DNA of 64,000 nucleotides from Guillardia theta CCMP2712 (GCF_000315625.1 NW_005434566.1:168356-232355); one strand, 5' to 3'; positions 25,201-38,159 are shown, counted from the stretch's first letter. Numbers and translations are program-made. Notes: generated from the sequence alone by a model not told the origin.

Positions 25201-26194
25201 TCATCCTGCAGCTGCTTCTGCTTGCGCTTCGCATCCTCCTCTAGTCCCATGTTCAGCATATCGTGCTTCTTCCGAAGTTTCTCCAGTTCTTCGAGCTTGC
25301 TCTGCTCGACCTCGGCCGTCGCCATCTTCAGCTTCTTCGACATCTCTGCCTCCGCGTCCTTCATGGCCTTCTTCAGCGCATTCTCGAGCTCCTGTCGCAG
25401 CCGCTCCTCCTCATCCAGTCTCTCCTTCAGCATCTGCAGCAGGTCAGGAACTTGGAAGGCTCGGAACAGAGAGAAGTGAAGTGAACAACTTAAGAGTCCC
25501 AGACATGGGGAGTAGCGAGGGGCGACAAGGCCGGAGGGGCAGGCGAGGAGCTATGAAGCGCATGTTCACCTCGTTGTACTTGGCGTTTGCTTGCTTGACA
25601 TGATCGCTGATCTCTTGCGCATGCTTCCTTCTCATCTCCTCCACCTGCTCCCCACCTTGGGAGTCAAGCTTCTTGACTGCATTGTTGAACTCGTCGACAC
25701 GCTTCTTGAACTCAGCCTTCATACTGTCCATCTCCTTGACCATCTTGTTGATGCGATCCTCATACCCGGCCTTGAGCTCTTTCTCCCTCGCCTTGGCACT
25801 CGCCTTGAAGTTCTCAAACGCCTCAATCGCTTCCGCTTTTTCTTTCTCATGCTGCTTTTTGAACTCATCCACAGCTTGCTGCTGCCGATCAACTTCCTTC
25901 CTCTCCTCCAGCTTCTCCTTGAACTTGTTGATCTTCGTGTAGGCATCTTTCAAGATCTGATTCGGACAAGAGAGAACACAAGGAAAAACATCGACAAGTC
26001 AGCCCTCGGACTTGAGCTTGCAACACATCACTCACCCCATCGATCTCAGTTTCATACGCGTCTGCCAGCGCATTGAGATCGTCCGTGTGGTCTTCGTTCT
26101 TAGAGTTGAGATGATAGATCACTTTGGTCAGCTGTGCGATCTTCTTGCTCATCTTGTGATGAAGATCGGGGAACAAGTTCTCCGCCGTCGCCAT
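22203..26194 (-). CDS. FAM184: FAM184A/B-like long coiled-coil protein (multi-exon)
   Basis: N-terminal DLHHKMSKKIAQLTKVIYHLNSKNEDH and C-terminal KFYKLELINREENFNHKFG match the conserved FAM184 ends. E/K-rich heptad exons lie between them. Confidence 0.9.
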
Positions 26195-26699
26195 CGTTCA
26201 CTTCAACAAACTTCACTCTCACTCGTTTCGATTAACGGTGTAGCCCGCAGGAACACAAATGGTTAGATCCTTGCAATCGAGGACGGAATCCACGCAAGGA
26301 AATCTCTTCCAAACATCTGAAACAGCAGAATCATCAGCTTTCAACACGCCGCAAACAGCAGCTCCTGTCAAATCTTCACGTTAGACTAGTCTGTTTTTGA
26401 GTTATCATTCCACATGTTATGGGACATCAAACAGAGATTTGTTTCCCTGCCCTCATCTTCTCCTCCCCCTTGGGCTAGACCTGTCTTGCTCTGAACAATC
26501 GTTCTTCTGTCTCCTTTCGCGTTTCCTGCTTCTCAATTCCATTCTCTTTCCTCCTATCCTGTTTCAGCATTCCTTGTCATGTCAACCATTGTTCATTTCC
26601 AACATTATCGATCTTTGAATCCTGTTCCTCCCCCTCCTCCCCCTCCTCCCCCTCCTCCCCCTCCTCTCCCTCCTCTCCTCCGTTCCGTCGCCTGTCTGC

Positions 26700-27060
26700 C
26701 ATGCTGTCGCCAACCTTCCGTTGGCAGCACACAGTACTACACCTTTGCCCACCACCCCTTTATTGACTACCCCCACCCCCCTAAACGACTCCACCTTTCT
26801 TATGTGATTGAACCCCCACCCCTACCACATACTATTTACTAATTGAGTCTTTAAATAAAATCCTACTAGTATGATAGTTATCCCTAGATAGTCAGACCCC
26901 CACCCCACCCGATATGGCCATTTCCGAATAAAAGCCCCCACCATGTCGACCTTTCAAGTACCCCTATAGCCCATACAAGTACCCCTCTCTTTGACTACAT
27001 CATTCATGATTTTGTAGGGGTACTGTGCTCACCTACCACCACCCTGTATCAATTCGTACG
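26700..27060. promoter_or_regulatory. ACCCC/GTAC-rich island between divergent gene starts
   Basis: Clusters of ccacccc, tacccc and gtacccc between 26194 (-) and 27096 (+). Confidence 0.45.
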
Positions 27061-27095
27061 TTGACAGTAGGGCTGGCCCGCTTCTTTCATAAGCG

Positions 27096-27785
27096 ATGCT
27101 GAGAACCCTCGCTGCGCAAGGAGCAAGCGAGCAAGGCAGGAAGAGGAAGGAGCAAGGAGAGGCCAGGGATGGCGAGGGAGAGCTATCGCATCTCATCCCT
27201 GATCCGAAGGAGCTTCAGGATGGGGTGAAGAGAAGGTCAACAAGGGCCAAGAAGGCTGTTGGTGGGATTCAAGTCCAGGAACACAGTGGCCAACAATCTT
27301 CAAAGGATCGGTACCCGCGATGCGAACATGGTAAGAATAAGAGAAGATGCAAGGCCTGCGGGACTGGAGCTTGCTTACATGGCATTCAGCGGTATCAGTG
27401 CAAGGTCTGTGGTGGAGGAGGAGCGTGCGAGCATGGTAGACAGCGGTACCAGTGTAGGGACTGCCGAGGAGGTGGGATATGCGAGCATGGGAGGGTGCGG
27501 ACGCAATGCCGGGAATGTGGAGGAGGAAGTATTTGCCAGCACAACAAGAGACGGTCACGATGCCGAGATTGCGGCGGAGGAAGTATCTGTCAGCACGGAC
27601 GGGAGCGGAACGCGTGCAAGGACTGCAAGGGAGGGAGTGTATGTGAGCACATGAAGCTGCGATATCTCTGCAAGGAGTGCGGAGGAGGAGGGATATGCGT
27701 GCATGGGCGATACAAGAGCGCATGCACTTTGTGTCTCAAGAGCCAAGCCAGACCTGGTCAACCAGAAAGTCAAGGGGATAAATGA
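27096..27785 (+). CDS. Intronless protein with eight CxH-x6-CxxC (about 18-aa) putative zinc-binding repeats
   Basis: Units run from CEHGKNKRRCKAC to CVHGRYKSACTLC, joined by Gly-rich linkers. NLS-like GRKRK and KRRSTRAKK precede them. Confidence 0.85.
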   Translation: MLRTLAAQGASEQGRKRKEQGEARDGEGELSHLIPDPKELQDGVKRRSTRAKKAVGGIQVQEHSGQQSSKDRYPRCEHGKNKRRCKACGTGACLHGIQRYQCKVCGGGGACEHGRQRYQCRDCRGGGICEHGRVRTQCRECGGGSICQHNKRRSRCRDCGGGSICQHGRERNACKDCKGGSVCEHMKLRYLCKECGGGGICVHGRYKSACTLCLKSQARPGQPESQGDK

Positions 27786-28845
27786 ACATGTCAGGAAAAG
27801 CAAGACAACGCACTAGCACACAACTGTAGATCGCTGTATATTTTTTCCTCCGAAAATCTCCATAGCATTCACTTTGATACCTACGGTTTGTCGTTCCAGC
27901 CCGCCGGAGGTTTCGTCGTAGTTGAAGAACTAGAAGAAACTTTCCTTTGCACCTCCTCGTTTGCACCTCCTCGTGTTCCTTTTAACAGTCCCTGTGAGCA
28001 TGCAGCTCCATGTATGCTTGAAGACATATGTCTGCGATTGACCGCCCCGCAAGTTCGCCATTGATTGCAACGTGCTTCACAATTCTGAGGGCAGCGAGAA
28101 TTATTCCTTGTGGCCCAAATTTTATCTATGCAATGCAAAAACAATTGCAAAGGGTATTCAAGATGTGTGTGAGGTCTGCTCATACTGACAACGCGCATAC
28201 ATTTGCACTGTATGAGAATATACATTTATTACACAAACATAAAAAGTGCTCAACTATTCTTGCTGTGTGTAAATAGTCTCTAGTTTTATATCACTTGGAC
28301 AAAATATTGGTACACTTGGAAGCCTGTTTGGGTTCTTTTGTATGCACAGTATGGAGTTGAACAGAGCGCAAAGACACTTTCTCTTATTGCTGGTGAGTGA
28401 GTTGATTTGATCATCTGTCACCTGGAAAAATGAGCAGAACATAGCATCCTTTGTATTATTCTTGTCAGATTGCTTAGCTGAGCCCGGCTTTGCAAAGTTG
28501 TTTGACCGTTGCTGTGCAGTACATTGTTTTGCGCATGATTTGCTTGGACCTTGTGACGGCTCCAGTAGATTGTTCTCATGAGCAGCAAAGACTGAGAACT
28601 GGGGCACGAAGTGGTTTTTCCCGTCTTCCATCTTTTCGTAGCTTTTTGAATTTCAAGATCTCAGGACAGAGAAGTCGAGTGTAACAACAATTGAGAGTTG
28701 CCGAGGCTTGTAGATATCAGAATGTGCAACCAAAAATCTTTGAAAATCTCTCCACTTCCTTTTCGACCTCTTCTAGACAGCCAAGACTGAGACGATGCCA
28801 GTGCCTACTGGTTCTTGCTTCTTTTCTCCGCTCTTCTCCGTTCCG

Positions 28846-28848
<3 letters not shown>

Positions 28849-28879
<31 letters not shown>

Positions 28880-28930
28880 TCTCTTCCTCTCTCTCTCTCT
28901 CTCTCTTCCTCTCTCCCTCTCTCTCTCTCT
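28849..28930. repeat. (CT)n microsatellite
   Basis: Directly visible. Confidence 0.95.
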
Positions 28931-29588
28931 CCTTCCGACCTCGTTTCCTCTTCCTGAGCCTGCAGACTTCTTCTGACTCCCTGCGTAAAAATATACATTC
29001 CGTACCCTACCCATTACTCCTTCTACCCCACCAATTTCCTGCAATATCACCGGTACTCTAGGTAGTGTACCCGTCATGTTTGTGAGAAAATGGTTGTATT
29101 GTTTTTTGGTGGTACAGATCTGGTGTTGCTGAAAATCGAAAATAGTCGTTTTCGATCACCAGGGGTCCTATCGGGGGGCCGCATTACTTTTTAAAATGCA
29201 AAAAGGAGATGACAGCTAGAAGAGTATTCTCTGATAAGACGTCTTTTCAGAGAGCTTCTTTTAAAATTGTTATTTTAGGAACCAGTCGCGGCCTGTTTCG
29301 TGCTGGTCGGCTGACTGGAATTCACTACCCCTGTCTCCTAGCTTATAGACCCCACCCTCCTTCACCCGCCCCCTTCCCCCTTCATAACTGCCCCTCCCCC
29401 AGTTCTGCCCCCAGTTCCTCCAGCAGTTCCTCGTCCTCCTCCAGCCTGAAACAAGGATTGACGATGGTGCCTGAGGGATTTGTCTTGTCATTGGAATTTT
29501 GCATTGATTGGCTGTTAACATAGACGTGTTGCAATGCCTGCCTCTGTGTTTTTCTGTACAGAATTCAAGGTCACTGTTTATAGCGAAC

Positions 29589-29639
29589 GGTCCACATCTG
29601 GACCCGGTCCACATCTGGACCCGGTCCACATCTGGACCC
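29589..29639. repeat. Three tandem copies of the 17-bp hairpin unit ggtccacatctggaccc
   Basis: Exact copies start at 29589, 29606 and 29623. Each contains GGTCCA-catc-TGGACC. Confidence 0.95.
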
Positions 29640-32600
29640 TAGCTCGTCCCTAGCTCGATTTATCTCTATCATGTTGCCTATGCCATGAAAGTAGACCAGT
29701 GTCTGGCTCGAGAGAATAATTATGTGACCTAATGATGATTTCTCTTCGAAGAGTTATGCATTAGCGCTTTGCCTTCGCCATGTTTTCAACACAATGTATT
29801 CCTCAAACAACTGTTGCAGTATCCCTTCGTCTTTCACCCTGTCTGAGCTGTGACTAATTTAATCTAGCATCGACCTCAGGAGGCTTCCTGTATCTCTGCA
29901 ATGTACGACTATGAAAGCAATAAAACATTGTTAACTTACCGTAAAGCAAGATAAACCACGCTCACTTGGTCAAACATTCTCACACGAAGCAGATTTTATC
30001 CTGCTCTGAGCACACTTGCCCTCGTTCAACGATCATCAGGTACACACAACCAAACAGGACCAGTCATCACCTCTCCGAGCTCTTCTGTCTGTGCTGACCC
30101 CTTCGCCAGTAGCCACTTCACCTCCATGCATCTCCTCTAGTCATCGCGGTCACCAGCGCTCACACAGGTCTTACTGGGAACATGCATCGGGTGCTCTGAA
30201 TGGGATGGTGAGGCAGGTAGGGGGTCAGAGGCGGCAAGCAGCAAGCCTTTGAGAAAGTGACCTGCAGCCCTCTCATGCAGATGCGATAGGAGAGGATCGA
30301 GTCTTTACAGCTTACGTCAGCCTGATACCGCGACCATTCCCTCCTACAGGATAGATGTTCAACTCTGAGGGAACCAGCACATGTTTTCTGGCCCTATGTT
30401 CTCATAACTCCAGCAAGCCAGGCGAGAGTCAAGCTATGCTCGCAACGCTGATAGCCATTCATCCGTTTCGAGCTCAAGCTCAAGAGCTGAAACTGGCTGC
30501 TGTATTAGATGACTTGATAGGGATAGACTTGATGCCCACAGCGCGACAACAGGGGTGAATGTCGTGAAAGAAAAGCTTCTACTTGCAACATCCACTGCTG
30601 TGCTCCGACTCCTTGACAAGACAACAAACAGACTGCGCTTGCGCACTGACCCGCATGCACTTGCGCAACAACAAATGACAGCGACGGGAGCTGAAATCTG
30701 CGACTTGTATTCTGCTGCTGCATTACCATCAGTGCAGCTGAGCCAAGAGGTTGGGCCCTGAGACTGACCCGCAATCCAGGCAGAGAGCTTCTTCGAATGA
30801 CAAGCCGAGTGAGCTTGAATGATGCGGCAGATTTGTATGTGAACAGAGGAGCTCTTCGCCGGGGTTCTGATCGGAATCTTCAAATGATACTAACAGTCTT
30901 TGAATGATCCCTCTGCTCTTTGAATCAGGCGGTTCGACCGACGCAGGAGACGACCGGGCCGGGCTCCCGAAGATTCAATTTGAAAGTTCCCATCGTAATC
31001 GATGACTCTATACATGAACGATAACTCAGACAGTCAAGTCCTCCTCATTTTCCTGGTCTCCCAGCCAAATCTCCGTCGTCAAGTTTGGTCGTCTTGGTGA
31101 AATTGCGATAGCGTTTGTTGCGAACCAGGAGAAATTTGACAGAAGGGAGCTCAGCAGTGTAATGAAATTACCCATCTCTCTCTCTTCCTGTGTCTGCTTC
31201 TTCTACCTCACTTTTCGTCCTCATCCTACAACTCTCCTTCTCCTCCTTCTCCTCCCTCTGTCTCTCTTTCTCCGTACTCAAAGATCCCTCCTCCTCCCGC
31301 CCCAACTCCCCTTCGCTCGCCCACGGCTGTCAACGACGAAAACCCCTTTCTCTCCAGCCTTGCGAGTCACTCGACTATCTTGAAGGCTTGTTCAAGTATT
31401 ATGATGGACTTCGATCAAACTTGAAGCTTATTTTGAACATGAGTCTGTTGATGGAGGTCAGCTCAAGCTGGACAGATTTTGCCTGCCCAGGGATCTTTAC
31501 CCAAGTGCTGGGCAGCAGCTGCGTGATGGACTTGCAACTGTTCTCTATCTTGAGAGCTTTGATGAGCACACCAGAGACAAATGAAGCGTTATTATATCAA
31601 CAACAATGTAAATGTGAAGGTACAAGGCAAACTGCTTGCAAAACAGTGGTGATATTGTTCGGTAAGATCAAGAATTTTGATAAGAATATGTAAACGTCCA
31701 GCGATAAGATCCCAAGTCTTCTGTTCTTACTTTCTTCAGATTCTGTGTTGACCAAAAAATGCTCAGGGGAAAAAGCTTTGTGCTACAGACAGTCATTGAA
31801 GATTTTTCTTACACCTTTCTTGGATCAATCGTCGTTAAGATCTTCTCGATCTCTTCGTCGAGCTCTTATATCGCTTCCTTGATCATCTGTCGCCCTCCCC
31901 GAGATGAAAGAAATATGCTCTGTTTACTAGTATACACTTCTGACATTCAGAAGGAGGGCCACGTGCTGGGATCACAGAGAGGTAAAGGTGAAGACATGAC
32001 TGTCAACTCTCTCTGTCGCACTGTATCTGCTCCTTCTGGCTCCTTCAGGGTCCTAAGAAGCTTCCAAGGGCTACCATCCATGAGCCCAATTACGTTGAGC
32101 TGAGCAGCGCGACTGACACTTGGGCTCCTCTATTCACACTGTGAAACATCCCCCATTGTAGGCAGGTTTCGCACAGTGAAGGGAAAACAGCACTCGCAGT
32201 GTAGGCAGTGTTTGTAGGCAGTGTTTGCCGTGAGTGAAAATGCGCCCAAGTCAACAACAACCAGGTATGTATGATGACATTCAAACCAGCGATCACAGAC
32301 AGACGAGGAAGAATGATCAGCGAAGAGCGAGGCTGACAGCGTTATGGTCTCGTAGTGACGCCGCCTCATCTGAGCGCCTGCCCCCTTCCCTTTTGCTCAT
32401 ATCATCTTGTGCGACTCATCTCTTCTATCTCGCCATTGTGTTCGCTCGATGTCTTGTGCTTCATATCCTTATGCATAGTATCGTCAACACTCAGCCACTC
32501 GATAGCCATGGACCCCCAGCACCATCCCGATGGCATTCCCTTTCCATCCCTTCCGTTCCCTTGTCTTCCATTGCCCTTCCCTCCCCTCTTCTGTACTCAT

Positions 32601-33456
32601 TCTCTGACGTCTCTCTCCCCGCCCCGAAGGACGCCTCCCTCCTCCCATCGCTCGTCATCGACTACCGCCATATCCGCTTTTTCTCGAAACCATGGATACC
32701 TGTCCAAGGGGCGCACCACAACCAGGAGATATGCTGATATCCGAACATATATCTTTTCGATTTTTTCGATGTATCTTGGATATATATTCATTTCTTCTAG
32801 AGCCTTCTACGATATCTTTGAACGCAAAGGAGCCAAAACAAACTGCACCCGCCTCAGAGCTTTAGCTATCTAATAAGGGGGTCACTAGTCATAACCTAGT
32901 GTAGGTTTACAGCAGCTTCAGCCTAGTGGAGGTCAATGCTGACCCAAAGGGGTCGCAGGTTCTTGCGGTTCGGGGCGTGTATCCGTATCCCTTACGAAAC
33001 GACGTCATTTCTGGTCTCAGAAAGGTCTGGACGAGTTTCTTTTTCTGAAAGAACGTCTTTTCTTTCCACCACCCGGAAATCATCCCCACCCCCACTCCCC
33101 TCTGGATATTCCTCATGTCGTGGGGGGTACCCGGAATCCGTTTAAAACGGCGCCCGCCGTCAAGAACACTTCCTCGCATGCGCCGGCGATCGGAGCGTTC
33201 CTCCCCGCCCTCTCCGCCTCCTCCTCCTCTCCCCCGCAACGATCAGGACCCCCTCCTCCCTACTCCTCCTCTCACACAACGGTCGAACCCTCTCTCTCAT
33301 CCTCCTTCACTCCCTGCTCTGACGCAGCTTCATAGTCCTCCTCTCGCTCCACCTCGTTCCATCAATCCACATCGCCAACCTTCATCCCACTTCTCCCCTG
33401 CTGAAACTTCTTCATCTTCTCTTCAACTTCCCTCCACCAATCTCCCTCACTCCCGC

Positions 33457-34539
33457 ATGTCCTTATTGCATCCCATCGCCCATCAGTGGAAAGCCTCCCT
33501 CCCTCCGACCCCCATGTACGACCACACCTTGCAGTCGCAGACTCCATTTCACTTGGACACACAGTCATCTCTGCAATATTTCCCATACCAATCACAATCG
33601 TCACACCCCCCAACTGCATTTCCACCTTATCCTCCCTACTCTCACATCTATGCTCGCCCTCAACAACCCCAGGACGCCATTCACGACGCACCTCCTGCTT
33701 GCTACAACCCTGCTCCTTCCTACTCCAGCTTCCATCAGGACTTCCCTGTTCCCCCTGTGCACAAGCAAACGGTGATACATGCTGCATCTCACCTTGCTGG
33801 GCTCAGCGCTCCCATGGACGCTCCTCCCCTGCCGACATCATCGCAACATGCTAGCAACGCGGGCTACGACAGGCCTCCTTGCTACGACGTACCTGGTCCC
33901 TCGCGCCTACACCCTTCCATCGCGCCGCCTCGTCCTCCTGCCTCTCAATCTGTTGACAGCGCTGTTGCCGCTCTTTGGCCGGAGTATCAGGAGCCCGGTC
34001 AATCCTATCTGACTCCTTCAGATCCCTCCGGTGGACAAGGAGCAGCAGGGTTGTACTCTACCACGACACAGAGAGCTAGAGAGCAGCAGCAGCAGCGAGA
34101 CAAGACTTCCTTGGATGCCTGCATGGACGACCCTTTCCGAGCAGACTTTCAGCAGACGATCCTCTCGGCGACGGAGATGGCGGGCAGTGGGCAGCTTACA
34201 GACAGCTCGAGCTCAGCTGAGTCCGACGGCAACGAAGGGGCTCGAGCAGACGCAGCAGGAGGAGCAGGGGGGAGGAAGCAGAAGAAGCGAGGAGAGAAGG
34301 GATCTGCCGCGGGTCACTCAAGGCACTGGAAGGAGGAGGAGCACGAAACCTTCTTGATGGCCCTCAAGAAGCTGAGTCCCGAGACTCTCGCTAGTGACAG
34401 TGGAGGGCTGGGGCCAGGTATTGCCGAGCTGATCGCCGCGGTTGTCAAGACGCGAACAGTTTCTCAGGTGCGGTCGCACGCTCAGAAGTTTCTGATCAGG
34501 TGGAGGAAGCAGCGGGAGGGGCCGGGACAAGGGAAGTGA
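33457..34539 (+). CDS. SHAQKYF-class single-repeat Myb transcription factor
   Basis: C-terminal HWKEEEHETFLMALKKL...IAAVVKTRTVSQVRSHAQKFLIR after a P/S/Q-rich N-terminus. The ORF is open from 33115; the likely start is the in-frame ATG at 33457. Confidence 0.9.
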   Translation: MSLLHPIAHQWKASLPPTPMYDHTLQSQTPFHLDTQSSLQYFPYQSQSSHPPTAFPPYPPYSHIYARPQQPQDAIHDAPPACYNPAPSYSSFHQDFPVPPVHKQTVIHAASHLAGLSAPMDAPPLPTSSQHASNAGYDRPPCYDVPGPSRLHPSIAPPRPPASQSVDSAVAALWPEYQEPGQSYLTPSDPSGGQGAAGLYSTTTQRAREQQQQRDKTSLDACMDDPFRADFQQTILSATEMAGSGQLTDSSSSAESDGNEGARADAAGGAGGRKQKKRGEKGSAAGHSRHWKEEEHETFLMALKKLSPETLASDSGGLGPGIAELIAAVVKTRTVSQVRSHAQKFLIRWRKQREGPGQGK

Positions 34540-34704
34540 AGGAGGAGGGAGGGGGCAGGATAAAACAAGTCATAAATGTAAAGGTAGTTGGGATGTCTTT
34601 CAATAAATCAAGATAAGGACAACAAATGGATATTGTTAGTCGACGCGCTCCAACACACTGTTGCATCCCCTTGGCAGGCTCTCCTGTTCCCTTACTCCTC
34701 CTCC

Positions 34705-37700
34705 TTACATCGCGTTCTCCTTGTTCGACGATCCGTCGACAACAACGTCGACAGGTAGAGCGTTGTCAGCAGCCCCTGACTTGAGTTTCTGCTGACGTGT
34801 CAACAACAACTTTCGGGCTCTAAGGGGTTCAACCTTGATGTGCTCCATCCTCAGCGCCCGGAAGTCAGTCCGTTTGTTCGCCAAGGATGATTTCACCTCA
34901 GCTAGCACAGCCAATATCAGCCTAACTTGTTCCTCCTCCCATAGCCCCCCTCACCCCAACCCATCTTCCTCCTTTGCCCTCCCCTCCTCTCTTCCTCCTC
35001 TTCTGCCCCCCTCCCTCCTCCCAAACCTCGGTTAGCGGGAGGGTTCTTGAACAGCTTGCGGATGCTCTCTGACGAGCCTTCAAGGAGCTTGTCGGCTCTG
35101 AAGTGCACATGAGCTGAGAGACGAGGAGGGAGCGGGGAGGGGAGGAAGTGGAGGGAATGGGGAGGAAAGGGAGGGGAGTACCAGGGGAGGGAAGGGACAG
35201 GAGGACAGGAGACAACAAGGAGAAAGTAAGAGAGGAGGAGGAAGATGAGAGGAGGTCGAAGATGAAAGGTATAACGACCTCTCGGGCCACTTCTTCATGA
35301 ACTGCTCCATGGCAGCCTTGCCGTTTGCTGGGCAGGGAGTGAGGAGAGAAGATTGCAGAACGGAAAAGAGGAGGAGAGGGGAGAGAGGAGGGGGCTGGAG
35401 TACAAGAGAAACTTGGACTAGGAGAAAGGAGGAAGATGAGGAGGACGAGGACGAAGGAAGACCTCTGGTGTCCGCACTCGTGTCACTGAGAGACTTGCTC
35501 AGAATCTCAACAATCATGTCGACCTGATCAGAGGCAGGAGGTCAGAGCAAGACGGAGTGAAGAAGAGGCGAAGAGGGGAGAACAGCAAGGGAAAGGAGGA
35601 GGGGTGGGGAGGAGAGTGGAGGATGGAGAGGGAGAGGGAGAGGGAGAGGGAGAGGGAGAGGGAGAGGGAGACGAAGACGGAAACTGAGGAGGAGACTGAG
35701 GAGGAGGAGCTGAGGAGGAGGAGCTGAGGAGGAGGGAGATGATAAGGATATCTGACCTCCTTCTCGCTCTCCTTCCCGCTGGTCTGGTTGATGACGATCT
35801 CCACGCACGAGGATGCGCACGAACGGGCCTGCGCAAAGCTAAGGCACCTCCTCGTGCTGCTGACTGACTGACCTGAGGGTGGATGTCCCCCATGGCAGCT
35901 AGGAAGTGAGGGAGCAGGGAGGAAGGCTGCGGAAGCGTCAGGATGAGGGACGGGTAGGGAGAACTGGAGGGGAGAGGAGAAGGAGGAGAGGAGAGGAGAG
36001 GAGGCGAGGGATGAGAAGAGGAGAGGAGACGAGGGGAGGGGAGAGGAGAGGAGAGGAGGAGAGAGGAGGAGAGGGGAGGGGAGGGGAGTGCTTACGGTGA
36101 GAGCGGCTGTGATGGCCTTGAGGGTCTGGGTAGCAGACTCCGAGATGACTTTGATGCTAACGTAGGTGAGCTTCAAGAGCGCGGGGAGGAGGAACCTGTA
36201 CGAGAAGGGCAGCGTCAAGGGCAGACTGAGGAGGAGAGGAGAAGGAAAAGGAGGAGGAAAAGAAGGAGGAGAAGGAGAAGGAAAAGGAGGAGGAGGGGGG
36301 GAGCCTCACTTGGCACCGTTGGCAAGCTTGTCGCCTAGGAAAGGGAGGAGGCGGTTGATCAACGTGCAGGACTCTCTGACGATCTGACATGGGAGGTTGA
36401 GCCTTGCAGGGAAGAAAGAGGAGCAGGAGGGCAGGAGATGGGAAAGAGAGGGGAGAAAGAAGTGAAAAAGCAGCAGCAACATCAACCTGAGAGCGAGCGT
36501 CGCTCACTTGAACCGCCAAATACTCGCAAAGCTTTTCAAGAAATTCTGTCCATGACCATCAAAATGTTATGGAATAGGAGAGAGGGAGAAGCGTGGGAAA
36601 GACGAGGGAAAAGGAGCAGGAGTCAAGAGGAGGAGTAGGAGGAGGAGGAGTAGGAGGAGGAGTAGGAGTAGAAGTAGGAGTCAGGAGGAAGATCAGGAGG
36701 AGTCAGGATGAGGAGTAGGAGCAGGAGTCAAAAGAGAAAGGAGGAGGAGGAGTCAAAGGAGGAGGAGGAGGAGGGCAGCAAGTACTCACTGGTCTCATCT
36801 GCTTGCAACATTCCTTTCTCCAGCATCTCCCCGATCGTCTTCATCATGTTCACTCGCTCGTCCCAGACAGCACCGTGATCCTTAAGGCCTTCTAGCAGCA
36901 GCAACTGCTCGTTCGCCGACTGCGGTATGCCGTCCCCCTTCCCCTCCGTCCCCTCGCACGCTGCCGGGGCAGCACCTTCCTCTGAACTCTGTTCCGCGTT
37001 CTTCTTCTTCCTCTTGGAGTCTTTCAGCGAAGGCTCGTTGTCCTGCTGGCACACGTCAGCCAATACGCTCGTCCCTCCTCATCCTTCACCTCATCGCATT
37101 TTCTCTTGGAAGCGCTCTTGACGTTGGAGGAGGAGGAGGAGGAGGAGGCTTCCTGCTTGCTGGCAGACCGCAGCCCGGTCCTCCTCGCGGATCTCCTTAG
37201 GTTAGAAGGAGTCTCCTCCTCCAGAGTCTCCATCGGAGCTACGGACGTCGATCGTTCTGCAAGTCGCGAGACCGTCAGTTGCAGCGAAGGGAAGGCGGGC
37301 AGTAGCAGGGAAGGGAGGCATGGGAAAGGAACGGAAGGAGAGAATCTTAGATGAATCAGGTCAGGAGGAGGGAGAGGAGGAGGGAGAGGAGGAGGGAGAG
37401 GACTAGCAGGGGGTCAGGAGAAGCAGTGGGAGCAAGAGGAATGGGATGATGTAGAGGAGCGAAGGTGTCAGGTTGACAGTGAAGTCACCTCGCCCTCCTC
37501 GCGTCTTCTTCCCTGAGATATCCATGGGGGTCTGCTGGGGGGTAGTGAGACCTGCCTGAAACTTCTCCAGCTCTTTCTGCGGCACAGGCAAGATCAGCAA
37601 TGGGAACATCGTGCAATGGCAGCACCAACCTTGAGCTGGGAGTTCTCCTTCGTCAGGCTGCAGATCTGTCTCCTCAGCTCGACTGACTCGTCCTCGCACT

Positions 37701-37752
37701 GCTGTGCATACTCTCTTGCTTGCTTCAGCTCCTCGCGGAGAGATTCCATCTC
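34705..37752 (-). CDS. CLASP-N/TOG (HEAT) domain protein with an N-terminal coiled coil (multi-exon)
   Basis: Exon peptides WDERVNMMKTI, VSDARSQ|IVRESCTLI, LLPALLKLTYVSIKVISESA, ARSCASSCVEIVI and LSDTSADTR|ANGKAAMEQFMKKWPER|ADKLL. The first exon(s) above 37752 are not resolved. Confidence 0.75.
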
Positions 37753-38159
37753 CTGTCAAGTCAATCGTCAAGGTCTAGATATGGTTCTCTTCGCCACTGT
37801 TGACTCTATAAACTCAAACCCATTCCTTGTGGTTTCTCCCAACAACATCTTGTCCTATACATCTCGGTACATTCCCGTGAATTCATTGCATTCTTCTTGG
37901 TTTTAGACTCTCCATCAGCTCTCTTCGAATCCTGCCATAACTCCTTCGCACGATCCTGTCTCGATCTCACAGAAAACTGATGCCTGTTGTCCCACTACCG
38001 ATCCTCAACCCCTGTCAGTTCTACCTGCACCTCTGTCTTTGTCTCTGTCTCTGTCTTTGTCTCTGTCTCTTCCTCTCTGTCCTTCTCTCTCTTCCTCTCT
38101 CTCTCTCATCTGCGATCATCATGCGCATACCTCTGCCATCGCGATGGCAAATTCAAACG

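Noticed and set aside
22335-26076. Long + strand Leu/Ser-rich ORFs
   Set aside because: They are antisense shadows of the E/K-rich FAM184-like exons.
29700-32300. Possible multi-exon gene on the minus strand (exon-like pieces near 30500-30880, 31400-31560, 31810-31865 and 32000-32100)
   Set aside because: I could not build a phase-consistent model or recognise a domain. It is left unresolved rather than called.
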